Shown one piece after another: positions 36,901-45,917 of a DNA stretch of 64,000 nt. The first letter of the stretch is position 1; each line of letters begins with the position of its first letter. Under the pieces are notes generated by a model. The model worked only from the letters and a program-made list of their open reading frames with translations, was not told the origin of the DNA and made no database searches. Origin of the DNA: Faecousia sp. (GTDB lineage Bacteria > Bacillota > Clostridia > Oscillospirales > Oscillospiraceae); assembly GCA_045606145.1 (NCBI GenBank), contig JAZURG010000204.1:10472-74471 (forward strand). Reading direction: 5' to 3'. The position numbers were made by a program, and so were the translations under genes.

Positions 36901-39900
36901 TGGAGACGGATGGACTGTTACCAATACTGACCATACCAATTCCTCCTATTCCGTGCGTCTGTACAAGTACACCGGTTCCGAGACTGTTGGAGGCACCTCC
37001 GGAGGCCCCATCTACGCGAAGCTTGATGGCAAAACGGTTTACTACGTAGCCAACGGTTCTTCCGCTGCCAAGGCTATGAATACCGTTAAGGAAGGCATCA
37101 CCGGTTATATCAGCAACAGTGCAGACGGCACCGGCGCTACCGAGCTTTCCGACAGCGCGCTGACCTGGACCTGGAAGAACAAGTTCAGCGGCAGCGTGGA
37201 CGGCTCCTACTGGGTCGAGATCAGCTACAACGGCATCGTCTTGGGTACTGTGGAAGTGATCGTTGAGCCCGGCGTGGTGGATAACTACCCCGAGTACCCC
37301 AAGGAAGGCGCGGTCAAGGTCAACAAGACCGCTACCGGTGTGGACTTCCAGTCCTCCGGTATCGCGCAGGTGGAAGTTTCCGCCTCCGGCGTTCCCTCCA
37401 AGAAGGGCGCTGATGTCATCGTTATGCTGGATACCTCTTCCTCTATGGAGAGCTGGTGTATCTGCGGCGTACAGAATTGCAGCAACAGTTCTCCGTCCGG
37501 TACATATGTAGAAGGCGCAACGCACATGCGTCGAAATGTGATTCTGGAGAAGTCACTGGAGGATCTGATCGCCCAGTTCAAGAAGAACGGCCCCGACGGC
37601 CAGCCTTTGGATATCCGCGTGGCGATCGCCGACTTCAACGGCTTTAACGGTGCGCCTTCCGACGGCGCTACAGATATGACCAGCGGAACACCCTATGACT
37701 GGGATCCTGAAGACACGATGTCTGACAACATCAAATATGACGCGGATAATCAGGCAAAGGTTTATACCAATACGACCAACGCGCTGGATTATACCGCGTT
37801 TACGGATGCTGAGGATCTGGCCAGCAGCTATACCCTGAACTACACCTCCGGCACCAACTACGACTATGCCTTCGATGCCATCTATCAGATGGGCGAGGCA
37901 TCCAGAAACTCCGGCGAGGACCGCGACCTGTACGTCATCTTCATGTCCGACGGCGCGGCCATGCAGTGGAACTACTACCACTCTCAGGGTCGGTCTGACC
38001 TGTGGGGTGAGTGGATCACCGGTACTTGGTCTGAAGACCAGGTGGCAGCCAACCTGCAATGCACAGAACACGCCTACTACTACAACCTTGATGATACCAA
38101 CGGTGACGGTCTGTTGAACGAGCACCGTATGGCCAACGCGGTCAAGGGCAGCCAGAACGAGACCTTCGAGGTTATCCGCAAGACCACCAGCGGTATCAAG
38201 AATCTGACTGCTACCGATACCACCAATATCTACACTGTTCCCGGCCTGGGCGCGAAGGTGTTCTCCATCGCTTTTGACCCAGTTGCTGACGGTAACGTGG
38301 AAGCAGACTACATGACTACCTCCATTGCTACCCTGGCCAGCGAGCAGACCGGCACCACCAAGTATTACTATGAAGTGGACAGCGCGAATGAACTGTCCGA
38401 CGCGTTTACGACCATCGGCTCCGAGATCGCCTATGCCGCTTACAACGCCCGCTTCGTTGACCAGATGGGCAGCAGCTTCAACCTGCAGATGACCCCCAGC
38501 ACCTACACTGTGCTCAATGACGACGGTACGAAAACCGAGAAGACCTTTATCCCCGATATCCAGATCATCTCCTACGATATCTACCAGAGATCCCAGATCG
38601 GTACTACCGTCAATGGCGTAAATGTGACGGAGGATATGGTCGGTAAGCGTATCGGCACTTCCACGACCCTTGAAACGATCAAATTCAGCTACACGGTAGC
38701 CGACGGCACCGACGCCACCGGCGCTGCGATCAAGGTGTATACTCTGACCGGCGCGTATTCCAGCTTGATCGACGTTGACAAGGATGGCACTATCGGCTGG
38801 ACAGTAAATTCTGACGGTTCTGTCACCTATGACGAAGGTGACAACATCCTGGGTGACGGCACCAATGGCTTTGCTAAGGGTGTCATCTACGCCAAGACCT
38901 TCCTGTATAACACCACCGATAAGGGTGTTGCCATTAACGGCGTGAACATCCCCACCACCGTCAATGCCGACAACACCACCTCCGGCTCTACCAATGTTCT
39001 GCCCAGTGAGACCTTCTACTGGAAGATGGGTACCATCCAGACCTCTGAGCTGGCAATGCGTTACTATGTCTATCTGGATGGCTCCATGGAAGGCACCAAG
39101 GCAGCAGGCTCTTACCAGACCAACGAGTTCGCGACACTGTACTACGATAACTATCTGGGCAATCCCTGCTTCAAGGACACTGTGTCTCCCGTGGTTGCGT
39201 GGAAGTCCGCCAAGGTCTCCTACGCCTTCTATCTGGTAAACGATATGGGTGAGGTCGTCGTCAACCAGACCACCGGTGAAACCGGCACCTTTGCCAACAA
39301 GATCGCGCTGACCAGCCCTGTGGTCTACGACGAGATCCTGCTGAACAACCTGGATAATGTTTCCTCCCTGGAGGTTCGCGCCATTTCTGAGGATGTTCTG
39401 CCTGACTACTACACCCTTTATGACGAAACCGCAAAATACACGGTAATTGTCCGGTCCAACACCACCGGTCAGTGGACGATTGTTTATAATCCTAACATTG
39501 ACGGTAATGGAGACGGTGTCGCCGACGGCGTACAGTCTACCTATGTAACGGACTTCAGCCTGGAGGACAGCTCCGCGTACACCAACGAGCAGTTTACTGA
39601 TTCTACTGCCTACGACTACACGCATACCACTGTCTGGTTTGCTGTTAAGTGGTCCATCGAGGCACACCCCGATACGGTCGTTGTGGACTATGGCCTGCCT
39701 GTGGACATTTCCGTCCTGAGCAACGATATGTTTGGCGACAACGGCCATTTGGAGGCTGTCGGTGCCTACACCGCAGGTATTGAAAATACAGTTGCAGGTG
39801 AAACCATCGCAGCCGGCTTCAGCGAAACCTACACCGGCACCTACGGCACGGCTAAGATCGATGTCACCTCCGGTAAGGTCCGCTATACACCCACCACGAT

Positions 39901-41800
39901 GGATTGGAAGAGCAGCGGAAACGGTTACGAGAAGTTTGCCTATGCCGTTAATTACACCGGCAAAACGAACTCCGGCTATTACTACGATACCATCACCGTT
40001 ATCCCCGCCACCACCGTGTATTACGAGGATAACTTCACGACTAATACCGGCAGCAGCTACATCGCTTATGGTAAGTACAACGATGCCGACAACACTGAAG
40101 TAACACCCGGCTGGCAGCCAGAGGGCACTGCCAAGACCAATGCTGCGCAGGCAGAGGATCGCCCCGGCCGCTTCAGCCTGTCCGGCGTGGATGCCAACAA
40201 TGTATACGGCTACGACGGTGCTTACTCCACCATGAGCACCCATTCCATGGGCTCTGCCATGAAGGTCCATGTGGATGCAAATACCTATGCCACTGCCGAG
40301 TTCTCCTTCTACGGCACCGGTCTGGATATTATTTCTATGACTACAAGCAAGACCGGTACGCTGGTAATGCAGATCTTTAATGATCAGGGTAAGCTGGTAC
40401 AAGACAAAAACGGTAGCTGGAGTGCCTATACTGTCGATACCTACTTCGGCTACAAGTACGAGAACGGCAAGTGGGTCGTGGACGAAGAAGCCGACGGCGC
40501 GCTGTACCAGGTTCCTGTACTGAAGGCTGAGGGCCTGCCCTACGGTAAGTACAATGTAAAGCTGATCGCTACCTACATTGAGAACTTCGACCATACCACA
40601 GATGCCGGTTACGATCTGTACTTGGATGCGGTCCGGATCTATGATCCCGCAGGCACCGAATACGGAACCGGCGAAGGCAACAATGTCATTGACTCCGAGA
40701 TCCAGGATGCTTATATCATGGACGGTGAGGGTTGGCCCACTTACCACGAGCTGCGTAACCTGATCATTACAGCCGCTGACTTCAACGCGGCAGAAACGGG
40801 TGTTCAGGATGGTGTTATCTTCATCGATAATACCGCGGACGATCCTTATGACAATGTTAACAATGCATACACCATCTCCGACTATACAAGCTTCGGCCCC
40901 AATAACGAGCTGTATCTGGCCGCGGGTCAGTCTGTCACCTTTGAACTGGATCTGAGCCAGTATATCGTGGATAAGACGGATGAAAAGGGTAATCCTTATA
41001 AGACAAACATTGTCGCTGATGTGCAGATCGGTCTCAAGAGCGCGGACAGCAATGCCGCGGTCGCTTACCTGAAGGTGTACTCTGCTGTTACCAATATGAG
41101 TAAGACCGCGTCTACATCCACAAGCATGTACTACTCCATCAAGGACCTGCTGGATCTGGGTACAGATGCCAACGAGGAAAAGCAGGACGCAAAAACCATT
41201 CTCATTCTGCAGAACAACGGTGACGACAGCATCCTGTCTATCACAGACATCAAGATCACTTTGAAGGAAGCTGCTCCTCCCGCGGCAGGAACGGTATCCA
41301 TGTTTAAGTGGAGCCGTGGAACCGGTGAACAGGCATTGATGATGCTGCGTACCGCTGCTGTTGAGGACACCGATGAGCCTGAGACAACGGAACCCGAGGC
41401 AACTGAACCCGAGGCAACTGAACCCGAGACCGAGCCCACCGAGCCTGACAGCACTGAGCTGAAGGCTGCTGTGGAAGCTGCCAAGAAGCTGCAGAAAAAG
41501 AACTACACCAAGGAGAGCTTTAAGGCCCTCGAGTCCGCGCGAAAGGCCGCCGAGAAGGTTCTGAAGGACAAAAAGGCAACACAGAACGAAATCGACAAGG
41601 CTCTGGCTGAGCTGAACGCGGCAGTGGAAGCGCTGGAAGCTGAAACCCCCGCTGCAAAGCCCGGCAAGGACGAAAAACCCGGCAAAGCGGAAAAGGAAGA
41701 ACAAAAGCAACCTGCTTCCAACAAGGACAAGGCTGAGAACAAACAACAGGAACGCGTTGTGAAGATCATCAGCATGTTCCTTGACTGGTTGCTTAACTGA
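33947..41800 (+). CDS. 2617-aa secreted multidomain surface protein: metallophosphoesterase + Ig-like repeats + VWA + FIVAR-like C-terminus
   Basis: Sec signal peptide; GGDFQ/IGDYD/QGNHD/SHLP/HGHDH phosphoesterase motifs; repeated G.Y.V.I...G..LG.VEV.V units; DVIVMLDTSSS...FMSDG MIDAS; TEPEA repeats; YTKESF.AL..A...A FIVAR-like unit. Confidence 0.9.
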   Translation: MKEMKRVLALLLCFVMLVGLVPVSALNVWAAEGEEPIYVLAGGDFQEAGDHANSAANVKNILTQITQKYDTMDGFLFIGDYDCETHDSATETANGIAALMGAVQTSYSNIVDSNSVLVQGNHDYKDSRIDATGGHDFDGYSAYVLNEDDYPNGGGSQSQIQTLAKNLETWLNAKLGEGYDAPIFITSHLPLAFTPRTVTQGDAKYAKYIFDVLNAAAEDGLNIIFLHGHDHAYGPDNYMGGEAIYLPVGDKICIAEEGSTSKWTEETLKFTYMNAGYTGYYSDPYTYVTTAGTDKLTMTVFAIENNKVTVERYSANGQYNLKSAGYDGSYSNTSVTNQSLGLPKYSAVYASPQTISLREVQDYGTIGSWVGVTAETPADDVATKNNGWVEVIAPVPGTGADDVKTSGNSWVTLTQPSNGETIFKLTDTLTDGKKYVIVNRNTAGNGNAVNLNNNNSINSNAVTVIVDTNGTYIKAPATTAQWSFTNDRLRSVSSTNRYLRGNSNSLSTTTSTSSSYITWNYSNDDYGLRARYSGNYNSYRYMTSVTTTSNSSSNTNRVYIYVEDTLPGSNGLYAYLKGNLSYNATANMTAEQVLAMVKEGIAIQYATAADYSDEQNYPDDGEGMTWTLDPNYDPAVPGDYAVTIAFNGTTIGVAEVVVTLADQNGTYYKISGDLTYNVENGTSAEKVEDAVKTGITAYKYESMSKPGTNVTGTEVADSEITWVLDSSYNGNNAGDYAVTISKDGKQLGTAEVVVPATTTYYAAEGNGMYIVDMNTSAANAMAAVQAGVTVYSATDANGTGKTAISDDDVTWNWVDSYDGANVGPYTVEILKNGNSLGSVEVKVDVEFETGINADWTYIGETEATGGTTTVTYTLDTNGIDTGSGNKYIIVARNQAYLLNAGSAVAITISSDGKTATTSTRDYEYYFTGSTSGLITRDGTNTLYQQNWGIHTGYIEDSNLDRFTNLYNGYYRLYDGDGTNRSLYYDGDGWTVTNTDHTNSSYSVRLYKYTGSETVGGTSGGPIYAKLDGKTVYYVANGSSAAKAMNTVKEGITGYISNSADGTGATELSDSALTWTWKNKFSGSVDGSYWVEISYNGIVLGTVEVIVEPGVVDNYPEYPKEGAVKVNKTATGVDFQSSGIAQVEVSASGVPSKKGADVIVMLDTSSSMESWCICGVQNCSNSSPSGTYVEGATHMRRNVILEKSLEDLIAQFKKNGPDGQPLDIRVAIADFNGFNGAPSDGATDMTSGTPYDWDPEDTMSDNIKYDADNQAKVYTNTTNALDYTAFTDAEDLASSYTLNYTSGTNYDYAFDAIYQMGEASRNSGEDRDLYVIFMSDGAAMQWNYYHSQGRSDLWGEWITGTWSEDQVAANLQCTEHAYYYNLDDTNGDGLLNEHRMANAVKGSQNETFEVIRKTTSGIKNLTATDTTNIYTVPGLGAKVFSIAFDPVADGNVEADYMTTSIATLASEQTGTTKYYYEVDSANELSDAFTTIGSEIAYAAYNARFVDQMGSSFNLQMTPSTYTVLNDDGTKTEKTFIPDIQIISYDIYQRSQIGTTVNGVNVTEDMVGKRIGTSTTLETIKFSYTVADGTDATGAAIKVYTLTGAYSSLIDVDKDGTIGWTVNSDGSVTYDEGDNILGDGTNGFAKGVIYAKTFLYNTTDKGVAINGVNIPTTVNADNTTSGSTNVLPSETFYWKMGTIQTSELAMRYYVYLDGSMEGTKAAGSYQTNEFATLYYDNYLGNPCFKDTVSPVVAWKSAKVSYAFYLVNDMGEVVVNQTTGETGTFANKIALTSPVVYDEILLNNLDNVSSLEVRAISEDVLPDYYTLYDETAKYTVIVRSNTTGQWTIVYNPNIDGNGDGVADGVQSTYVTDFSLEDSSAYTNEQFTDSTAYDYTHTTVWFAVKWSIEAHPDTVVVDYGLPVDISVLSNDMFGDNGHLEAVGAYTAGIENTVAGETIAAGFSETYTGTYGTAKIDVTSGKVRYTPTTMDWKSSGNGYEKFAYAVNYTGKTNSGYYYDTITVIPATTVYYEDNFTTNTGSSYIAYGKYNDADNTEVTPGWQPEGTAKTNAAQAEDRPGRFSLSGVDANNVYGYDGAYSTMSTHSMGSAMKVHVDANTYATAEFSFYGTGLDIISMTTSKTGTLVMQIFNDQGKLVQDKNGSWSAYTVDTYFGYKYENGKWVVDEEADGALYQVPVLKAEGLPYGKYNVKLIATYIENFDHTTDAGYDLYLDAVRIYDPAGTEYGTGEGNNVIDSEIQDAYIMDGEGWPTYHELRNLIITAADFNAAETGVQDGVIFIDNTADDPYDNVNNAYTISDYTSFGPNNELYLAAGQSVTFELDLSQYIVDKTDEKGNPYKTNIVADVQIGLKSADSNAAVAYLKVYSAVTNMSKTASTSTSMYYSIKDLLDLGTDANEEKQDAKTILILQNNGDDSILSITDIKITLKEAAPPAAGTVSMFKWSRGTGEQALMMLRTAAVEDTDEPETTEPEATEPEATEPETEPTEPDSTELKAAVEAAKKLQKKNYTKESFKALESARKAAEKVLKDKKATQNEIDKALAELNAAVEALEAETPAAKPGKDEKPGKAEKEEQKQPASNKDKAENKQQERVVKIISMFLDWLLN

Positions 41801-41814
41801 GAGGAGGTATCATT

Positions 41815-42066
41815 ATGAAGAAAGCTTATAGCGCACCCGATATTCTCTTTGAGAGCTTTACGTTGAGTACCCATATTGCCGGTGACTGCGAGCCGCCCTA
41901 TGTCAACGCGACTGAGGGTGCCTGCGGCGTGCCAGGAACAGGTGGCGTGATGCTTTTTACCGTAGGACTTGGAGATTGCACATCGCCGGGACCAGATACA
42001 TATGAGACGAATGACGGTTTTTGCTATCACAATCCTAGTGACGATAAGAATCTCTTTAATTCCTAA
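41815..42066 (+). CDS. Putative RiPP precursor peptide (83 aa, 4 Cys, C-terminal Ser)
   Basis: GAGGAGG RBS; leader MKKAYSAPDILFESF (YxxP); upstream of kinase, rSAM-SPASM and PqqD genes; followed by a strong hairpin. Confidence 0.8.
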   Translation: MKKAYSAPDILFESFTLSTHIAGDCEPPYVNATEGACGVPGTGGVMLFTVGLGDCTSPGPDTYETNDGFCYHNPSDDKNLFNS

Positions 42067-42077
42067 AACCTAACTGT

Positions 42078-42111
42078 AGAAGGCCGCGCCATCTTCGTGG
42101 CGCGGCCTTCT
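42078..42111 (+). terminator. Hairpin after precursor gene (partial terminator or mRNA stabiliser)
   Basis: AGAAGGCCGCGCCA-TCTTCG-TGGCGCGGCCTTCT, weak T-tract. Confidence 0.7.
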
Positions 42112-42135
42112 CTTGAGATTGCGAGGTAATTTACC

Positions 42136-42978
42136 ATGGGCGCAAAATGCTCGAATCAGAATCGTAAAAAGAAAAACAGCAAAGCTGGCAGGCGGACCGC
42201 CCTGTGGGTGGTGATCTCGGTGCTGGCTGTGGTGCTGATCGCGGAGCTGTTCCTGTGGTGGGGTCTGCGCAGTACCCAGAATCCTGATGAGACGCAGGGA
42301 CACAGCGAGACGCAGGATTTTAACGGGGCGCAGCCCAGTGAGGACACTTCTGCCGGGGACGACCAGACGGACACCCAGCCCCAGAATACGGTTGCCTTTG
42401 AAGAGGTGGAGCAAACCTCCCTCAACCTTGGCTACGGCCTGTCTGTTACCGATGTGGGCAAGTACACCGGCGTGTACATGGAGGACGGTACCGACGAGAT
42501 CGTCTCCGGCATTCTGATGATCGTGGTTACCAACTCCGGCCAGGAGGCGATCCAGTACGCGAAGATCACCATGCCTGTGAGCGGCGGTGAGGCCGTATTT
42601 ACCCTTTCTACGCTGCCTGCCGGCCAGTCAGTGGTCCTGTTGGAGCAAAACCGACTAAAATGGTCCGCAAGTGAGGCTTATAACAATGTGTTGATGGAAA
42701 ACCTTGCTGTTTTCAGCGAGCCGCTAAGCTTGTGTGAGGACCGGTTGAAACTGCAGATCCTCAACGGGGCTATCAACGTGACCAACATCTCCGGCAAGGA
42801 TATCACCGGCGATATCTCCATTTATTATAAGAACAGTGCTGTGGATCTGTACTACGGTGGTATTACCTATCGGGTGACGATCACGGGAGGCATGAAAGCC
42901 GGCGAGATCAAGCAGATCATGGCCAGCCGGTTCTCTGACTCCGGCAGTAAGATCATGTTCGTCACCGTAGGTCAGTAA
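42136..42978 (+). CDS. Membrane-anchored hypothetical protein
   Basis: Basic N-terminus, one TM, acidic linker, beta-rich extracellular domain; 1 bp from the next gene. Confidence 0.8.
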   Translation: MGAKCSNQNRKKKNSKAGRRTALWVVISVLAVVLIAELFLWWGLRSTQNPDETQGHSETQDFNGAQPSEDTSAGDDQTDTQPQNTVAFEEVEQTSLNLGYGLSVTDVGKYTGVYMEDGTDEIVSGILMIVVTNSGQEAIQYAKITMPVSGGEAVFTLSTLPAGQSVVLLEQNRLKWSASEAYNNVLMENLAVFSEPLSLCEDRLKLQILNGAINVTNISGKDITGDISIYYKNSAVDLYYGGITYRVTITGGMKAGEIKQIMASRFSDSGSKIMFVTVGQ

Positions 42979-42979
42979 T

Positions 42980-43834
42980 ATGGAAAAATACTATTGCTTT
43001 GCGGGAATCGAGATCGCTGTCCATATTCCCGAAAAATGGATGTATACCGACGACCGTACCTTGGAACCCTTTCGTGTGGAAAAGACAGAAGATCCCCACA
43101 ACTTCTATTTTGAGATCGTGGATGCGCTGACACCGCCGGAAAGTGAACCCGTGGCTATACTGCCAAATTACCTGGTGTATGCCGAGGGGGATGCGCAGGT
43201 GCGTTACATCGGTTCGGTACAGGAGGGGTGGAAGTGTACATACCTTAGGGCAGAACACCAGGGTAAGGATCACTTCATCCAACTGCGTGCCAGTCGGTAC
43301 AGCACAGGCATCTCAGCAAAAACCGTCCTCAACGCCATACAGGGCGAGCATTTAGTGGTCCAATCGGGGGGATTCGTGTTCCACTCGGCCTATATAGAAT
43401 GGCATGGGAAGGCCATTCTGTTTACTGCTCCCTCCGGAACAGGAAAATCCACCCAAGCCGAGCTTTGGCGGAAGTACCGCGGTGCCGAGGTCATCAATGG
43501 CGACCGGTCGGCGGTCCGGGTCACGGAAGCAGGCATTTCTGCCAGTGGTGTACCCTTCGCGGGCAGCTCGCAGATCTGCAAAAACCAAACCCTGCCTCTG
43601 GCAGCTATCGTGTATTTGGCCCAAGCTCCGGAAACTTCCATACGAAAGCTGCGGGGCTTTGAGGCCTTCCGCCGGATCTGGGAAGGCATAAGCGTCAATA
43701 CCTGGGACAGGGAGGATGTGGCGCTGGCTTCCGAAGCGGCCCAGACAGTAGCCCAAACTGTACCTGTCTATTATCTTCCCTGTACCCCTGATGAATCCGC
43801 AGTTATCGCCTTGGAACGGGCGCTGAGAGAGTAG
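42980..43834 (+). CDS. HPr-kinase-like P-loop protein (lasso-peptide kinase/ScmC-like)
   Basis: FHSAYI...AILFTAPSGTGKST, INGDR, PFAGSS. Confidence 0.8.
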   Translation: MEKYYCFAGIEIAVHIPEKWMYTDDRTLEPFRVEKTEDPHNFYFEIVDALTPPESEPVAILPNYLVYAEGDAQVRYIGSVQEGWKCTYLRAEHQGKDHFIQLRASRYSTGISAKTVLNAIQGEHLVVQSGGFVFHSAYIEWHGKAILFTAPSGTGKSTQAELWRKYRGAEVINGDRSAVRVTEAGISASGVPFAGSSQICKNQTLPLAAIVYLAQAPETSIRKLRGFEAFRRIWEGISVNTWDREDVALASEAAQTVAQTVPVYYLPCTPDESAVIALERALRE

Positions 43835-43841
43835 GTCTATT

Positions 43842-44963
43842 ATGCAGAAAACACATTCAGAACCTCGTATCGTTACTTACCTGCACCAGCAGGGTCGGAA
43901 GCAGGGCCTGCCTGTTGCGGGCAATTTTGAGCTGACTGCCCGGTGTAACTTCAACTGTCCTATGTGCTATGTTCACATGACTGAGGAGCAGGTCAAAGCT
44001 ACGGGCCGGGAGTTGACCGCCCAACAGTGGCTGTCTATTGCAAAAGAGGCCCGGGATATGGGCATGATCTTTGTGCTGCTTACCGGTGGCGAACCTCTGG
44101 TAAGAAAGGATTTCTTTGAAATCTACAGGGGAATGAAGGAGTTAGGCCTGCTGATCTCCATTAACTCCAACGGCTCCATGCTGCAAGGAGAAGTTTTGGA
44201 GAAATTCCTCCAGGATCCCCCATCTCGGTTCAATATCTCCCTGTACGGCGGGAGCAACGAGACTTACCGAAAAATGTGCGGTTTGCCTATGTACGACCGG
44301 GTCAAGGAGAATATTCGGGTGCTGCGTAAGGCAGGCGTGGATGTGAGCTTGAACCTGTCCATTACGCCCTACAATTGCCATGATTTGGAGCACATTTACA
44401 AGGATGCAGTGGAACTGGATGTGAATGTGAAGGCCACCAGCTACATGTACCCTGCTATCCGGGTCAACGGGGAGCAGTACGGCTGCGGCAACCGCCTTTC
44501 GGCCACGGAAGCCGCCCGCTACTCCGTAGAATGGGACAAGCTCCGTTTTACAGAGGAGGAGTTCCGCAACCGCGCAGAGAGCATGAAAAATCTGATGGCT
44601 GTGGACGAGCCGGAGTGTCCCATTGAGGCTGACGAAGGTGTCCGCTGTCGGGCTGGCTCCACCAGTTTCTGGATAACCTGGGATGGCCGGATGCTGCCCT
44701 GCGGTATGATGCCCGGTCCTACGGGGTACCCTCTGGAAACGGGCTTTAAAGCCGCTTGGGAGTATATCCGTGATGAGACCGAAAAGATCCGCACACCCAC
44801 TCAGTGCATAAATTGCCCCAAGCGGCCGGTTTGCCCTGTGTGTGCCGCAGTCTGCGTGACAGAGACCGGCGAGTTTGACCGGGTGCCAGCCTACGTGTGC
44901 CGCCAGACTGAGGAATCCATCCGTGTGGCTTGGGAGACCTGCCAGAAAGGAAAGAATGCGTAA
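43842..44963 (+). CDS. Radical SAM/SPASM peptide maturase
   Basis: CNFNCPMC, TGGEP; SPASM C.AG...I..DG...PC...CxxC.....C..C...C. Confidence 0.92.
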   Translation: MQKTHSEPRIVTYLHQQGRKQGLPVAGNFELTARCNFNCPMCYVHMTEEQVKATGRELTAQQWLSIAKEARDMGMIFVLLTGGEPLVRKDFFEIYRGMKELGLLISINSNGSMLQGEVLEKFLQDPPSRFNISLYGGSNETYRKMCGLPMYDRVKENIRVLRKAGVDVSLNLSITPYNCHDLEHIYKDAVELDVNVKATSYMYPAIRVNGEQYGCGNRLSATEAARYSVEWDKLRFTEEEFRNRAESMKNLMAVDEPECPIEADEGVRCRAGSTSFWITWDGRMLPCGMMPGPTGYPLETGFKAAWEYIRDETEKIRTPTQCINCPKRPVCPVCAAVCVTETGEFDRVPAYVCRQTEESIRVAWETCQKGKNA

Positions 44964-45224
44964 ATGGAAATCAAGAAAGAGCTAATCAAGCGTAGCATCG
45001 CCGGCGATACAGTGCTGGTGCCCGTGGGCCGGACTGTATACGAGTCCAATGGCCTGTTTGTGCTGAATGAACTGGGTGCGTTTATTTGGGACATTCTGCC
45101 CCGGGTGAACAGCGAGGAGGAGATATGCAAGGCGGTGCTGGAGGAATACGATGCATCTGCTGAAGTAGTTGCTGCGGATATTGCGGAATTCCTGAGCAAA
45201 TTGAGACAGATGGATATTATCTGA
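44964..45224 (+). CDS. PqqD-family RiPP recognition element (stand-alone RRE)
   Basis: 86 aa; LNELGAFIWD.L...I...EY...DI.EFL..L pattern; abuts the rSAM stop codon. Confidence 0.9.
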   Translation: MEIKKELIKRSIAGDTVLVPVGRTVYESNGLFVLNELGAFIWDILPRVNSEEEICKAVLEEYDASAEVVAADIAEFLSKLRQMDII

Positions 45225-45354
45225 CGAATACTAATCTCAGATGAAAATAACGCTTTATCCAAGAGCGACAGGTGATACTTTTAGGTTCTACCCTAACTAT
45301 TGACATAGAACCAGAACAAATACTCCCCGTTGATGCAGTCCGGATTGGACTGAA

Positions 45355-45885
45355 TCAGCGGGGAGTTTTGATTGAAACGCGGCAGAATACTCCGCCGAGA
45401 AGGACACCGAGGCTGTTGTGGATCACGTCATCTGTTTCCGCAAGGCCCATAGAAAATTGAAACTGGATGTATTCGATACCGATGCTGATGAGCATGAACA
45501 GGCCGGTGATTAGGGTCGCACAGTAAAGGGGGCGCCATTGCTTTGGCATCAGTTCGCAACCCAGAAGCCCTGCAGGGAAGAAAAGGGCAATGTTCATGAA
45601 ATTGGAGCGGTACAGTTCCTTCAAGCCGCCGCTCAGGACGGTATAGTAGGAATAAAAGGGAATCAAGATAGGCTCCGACAGATTGCCGCTTTCGGTTCGG
45701 TAGCCCAAGGTTCCCAAATAGATTACAAAGAGCCAACAGGCAAACAGGAGAAAAACGCCTGCTTTCCAATAGGGTTTTGCGCCTAATCTTGACCGCAGCA
45801 GCAAAAACAGCGTCGCGGCCAGGACGACCAAGATAAACGCGTTGGAAAGTGGCAGACAATAGAACCAATGGAAAATACTACGCAT
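45355..45885 (-). CDS. VanZ-family membrane protein
   Basis: NIALFFPAG, SIGIEYIQ, ETDDVIHNSLG. Confidence 0.85.
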   Translation of the reverse strand: MRSIFHWFYCLPLSNAFILVVLAATLFLLLRSRLGAKPYWKAGVFLLFACWLFVIYLGTLGYRTESGNLSEPILIPFYSYYTVLSGGLKELYRSNFMNIALFFPAGLLGCELMPKQWRPLYCATLITGLFMLISIGIEYIQFQFSMGLAETDDVIHNSLGVLLGGVFCRVSIKTPR

Positions 45886-45917
45886 AGGGCATCAGTGCGC
45901 AAGAGTTTTGAGGATCT

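Noticed and set aside
37553-41746. 1397-aa minus-strand ORF (also 35642-37525, 627 aa)
   Set aside because: Antisense shadow of the giant gene: strongly biased codons leave the mirror frame stop-free, the composition is V/G/I-rich and non-protein-like, and there is no RBS or motif.
43842-45224. PQQ biosynthesis (pqqE/pqqD)
   Set aside because: No pqqB/pqqC and no PqqA-like ExxxY peptide; the context fits a different RiPP.
45355-45885. VanZ as glycopeptide-resistance determinant
   Set aside because: VanZ-family genes are frequent in glycan loci; no van cluster genes here.
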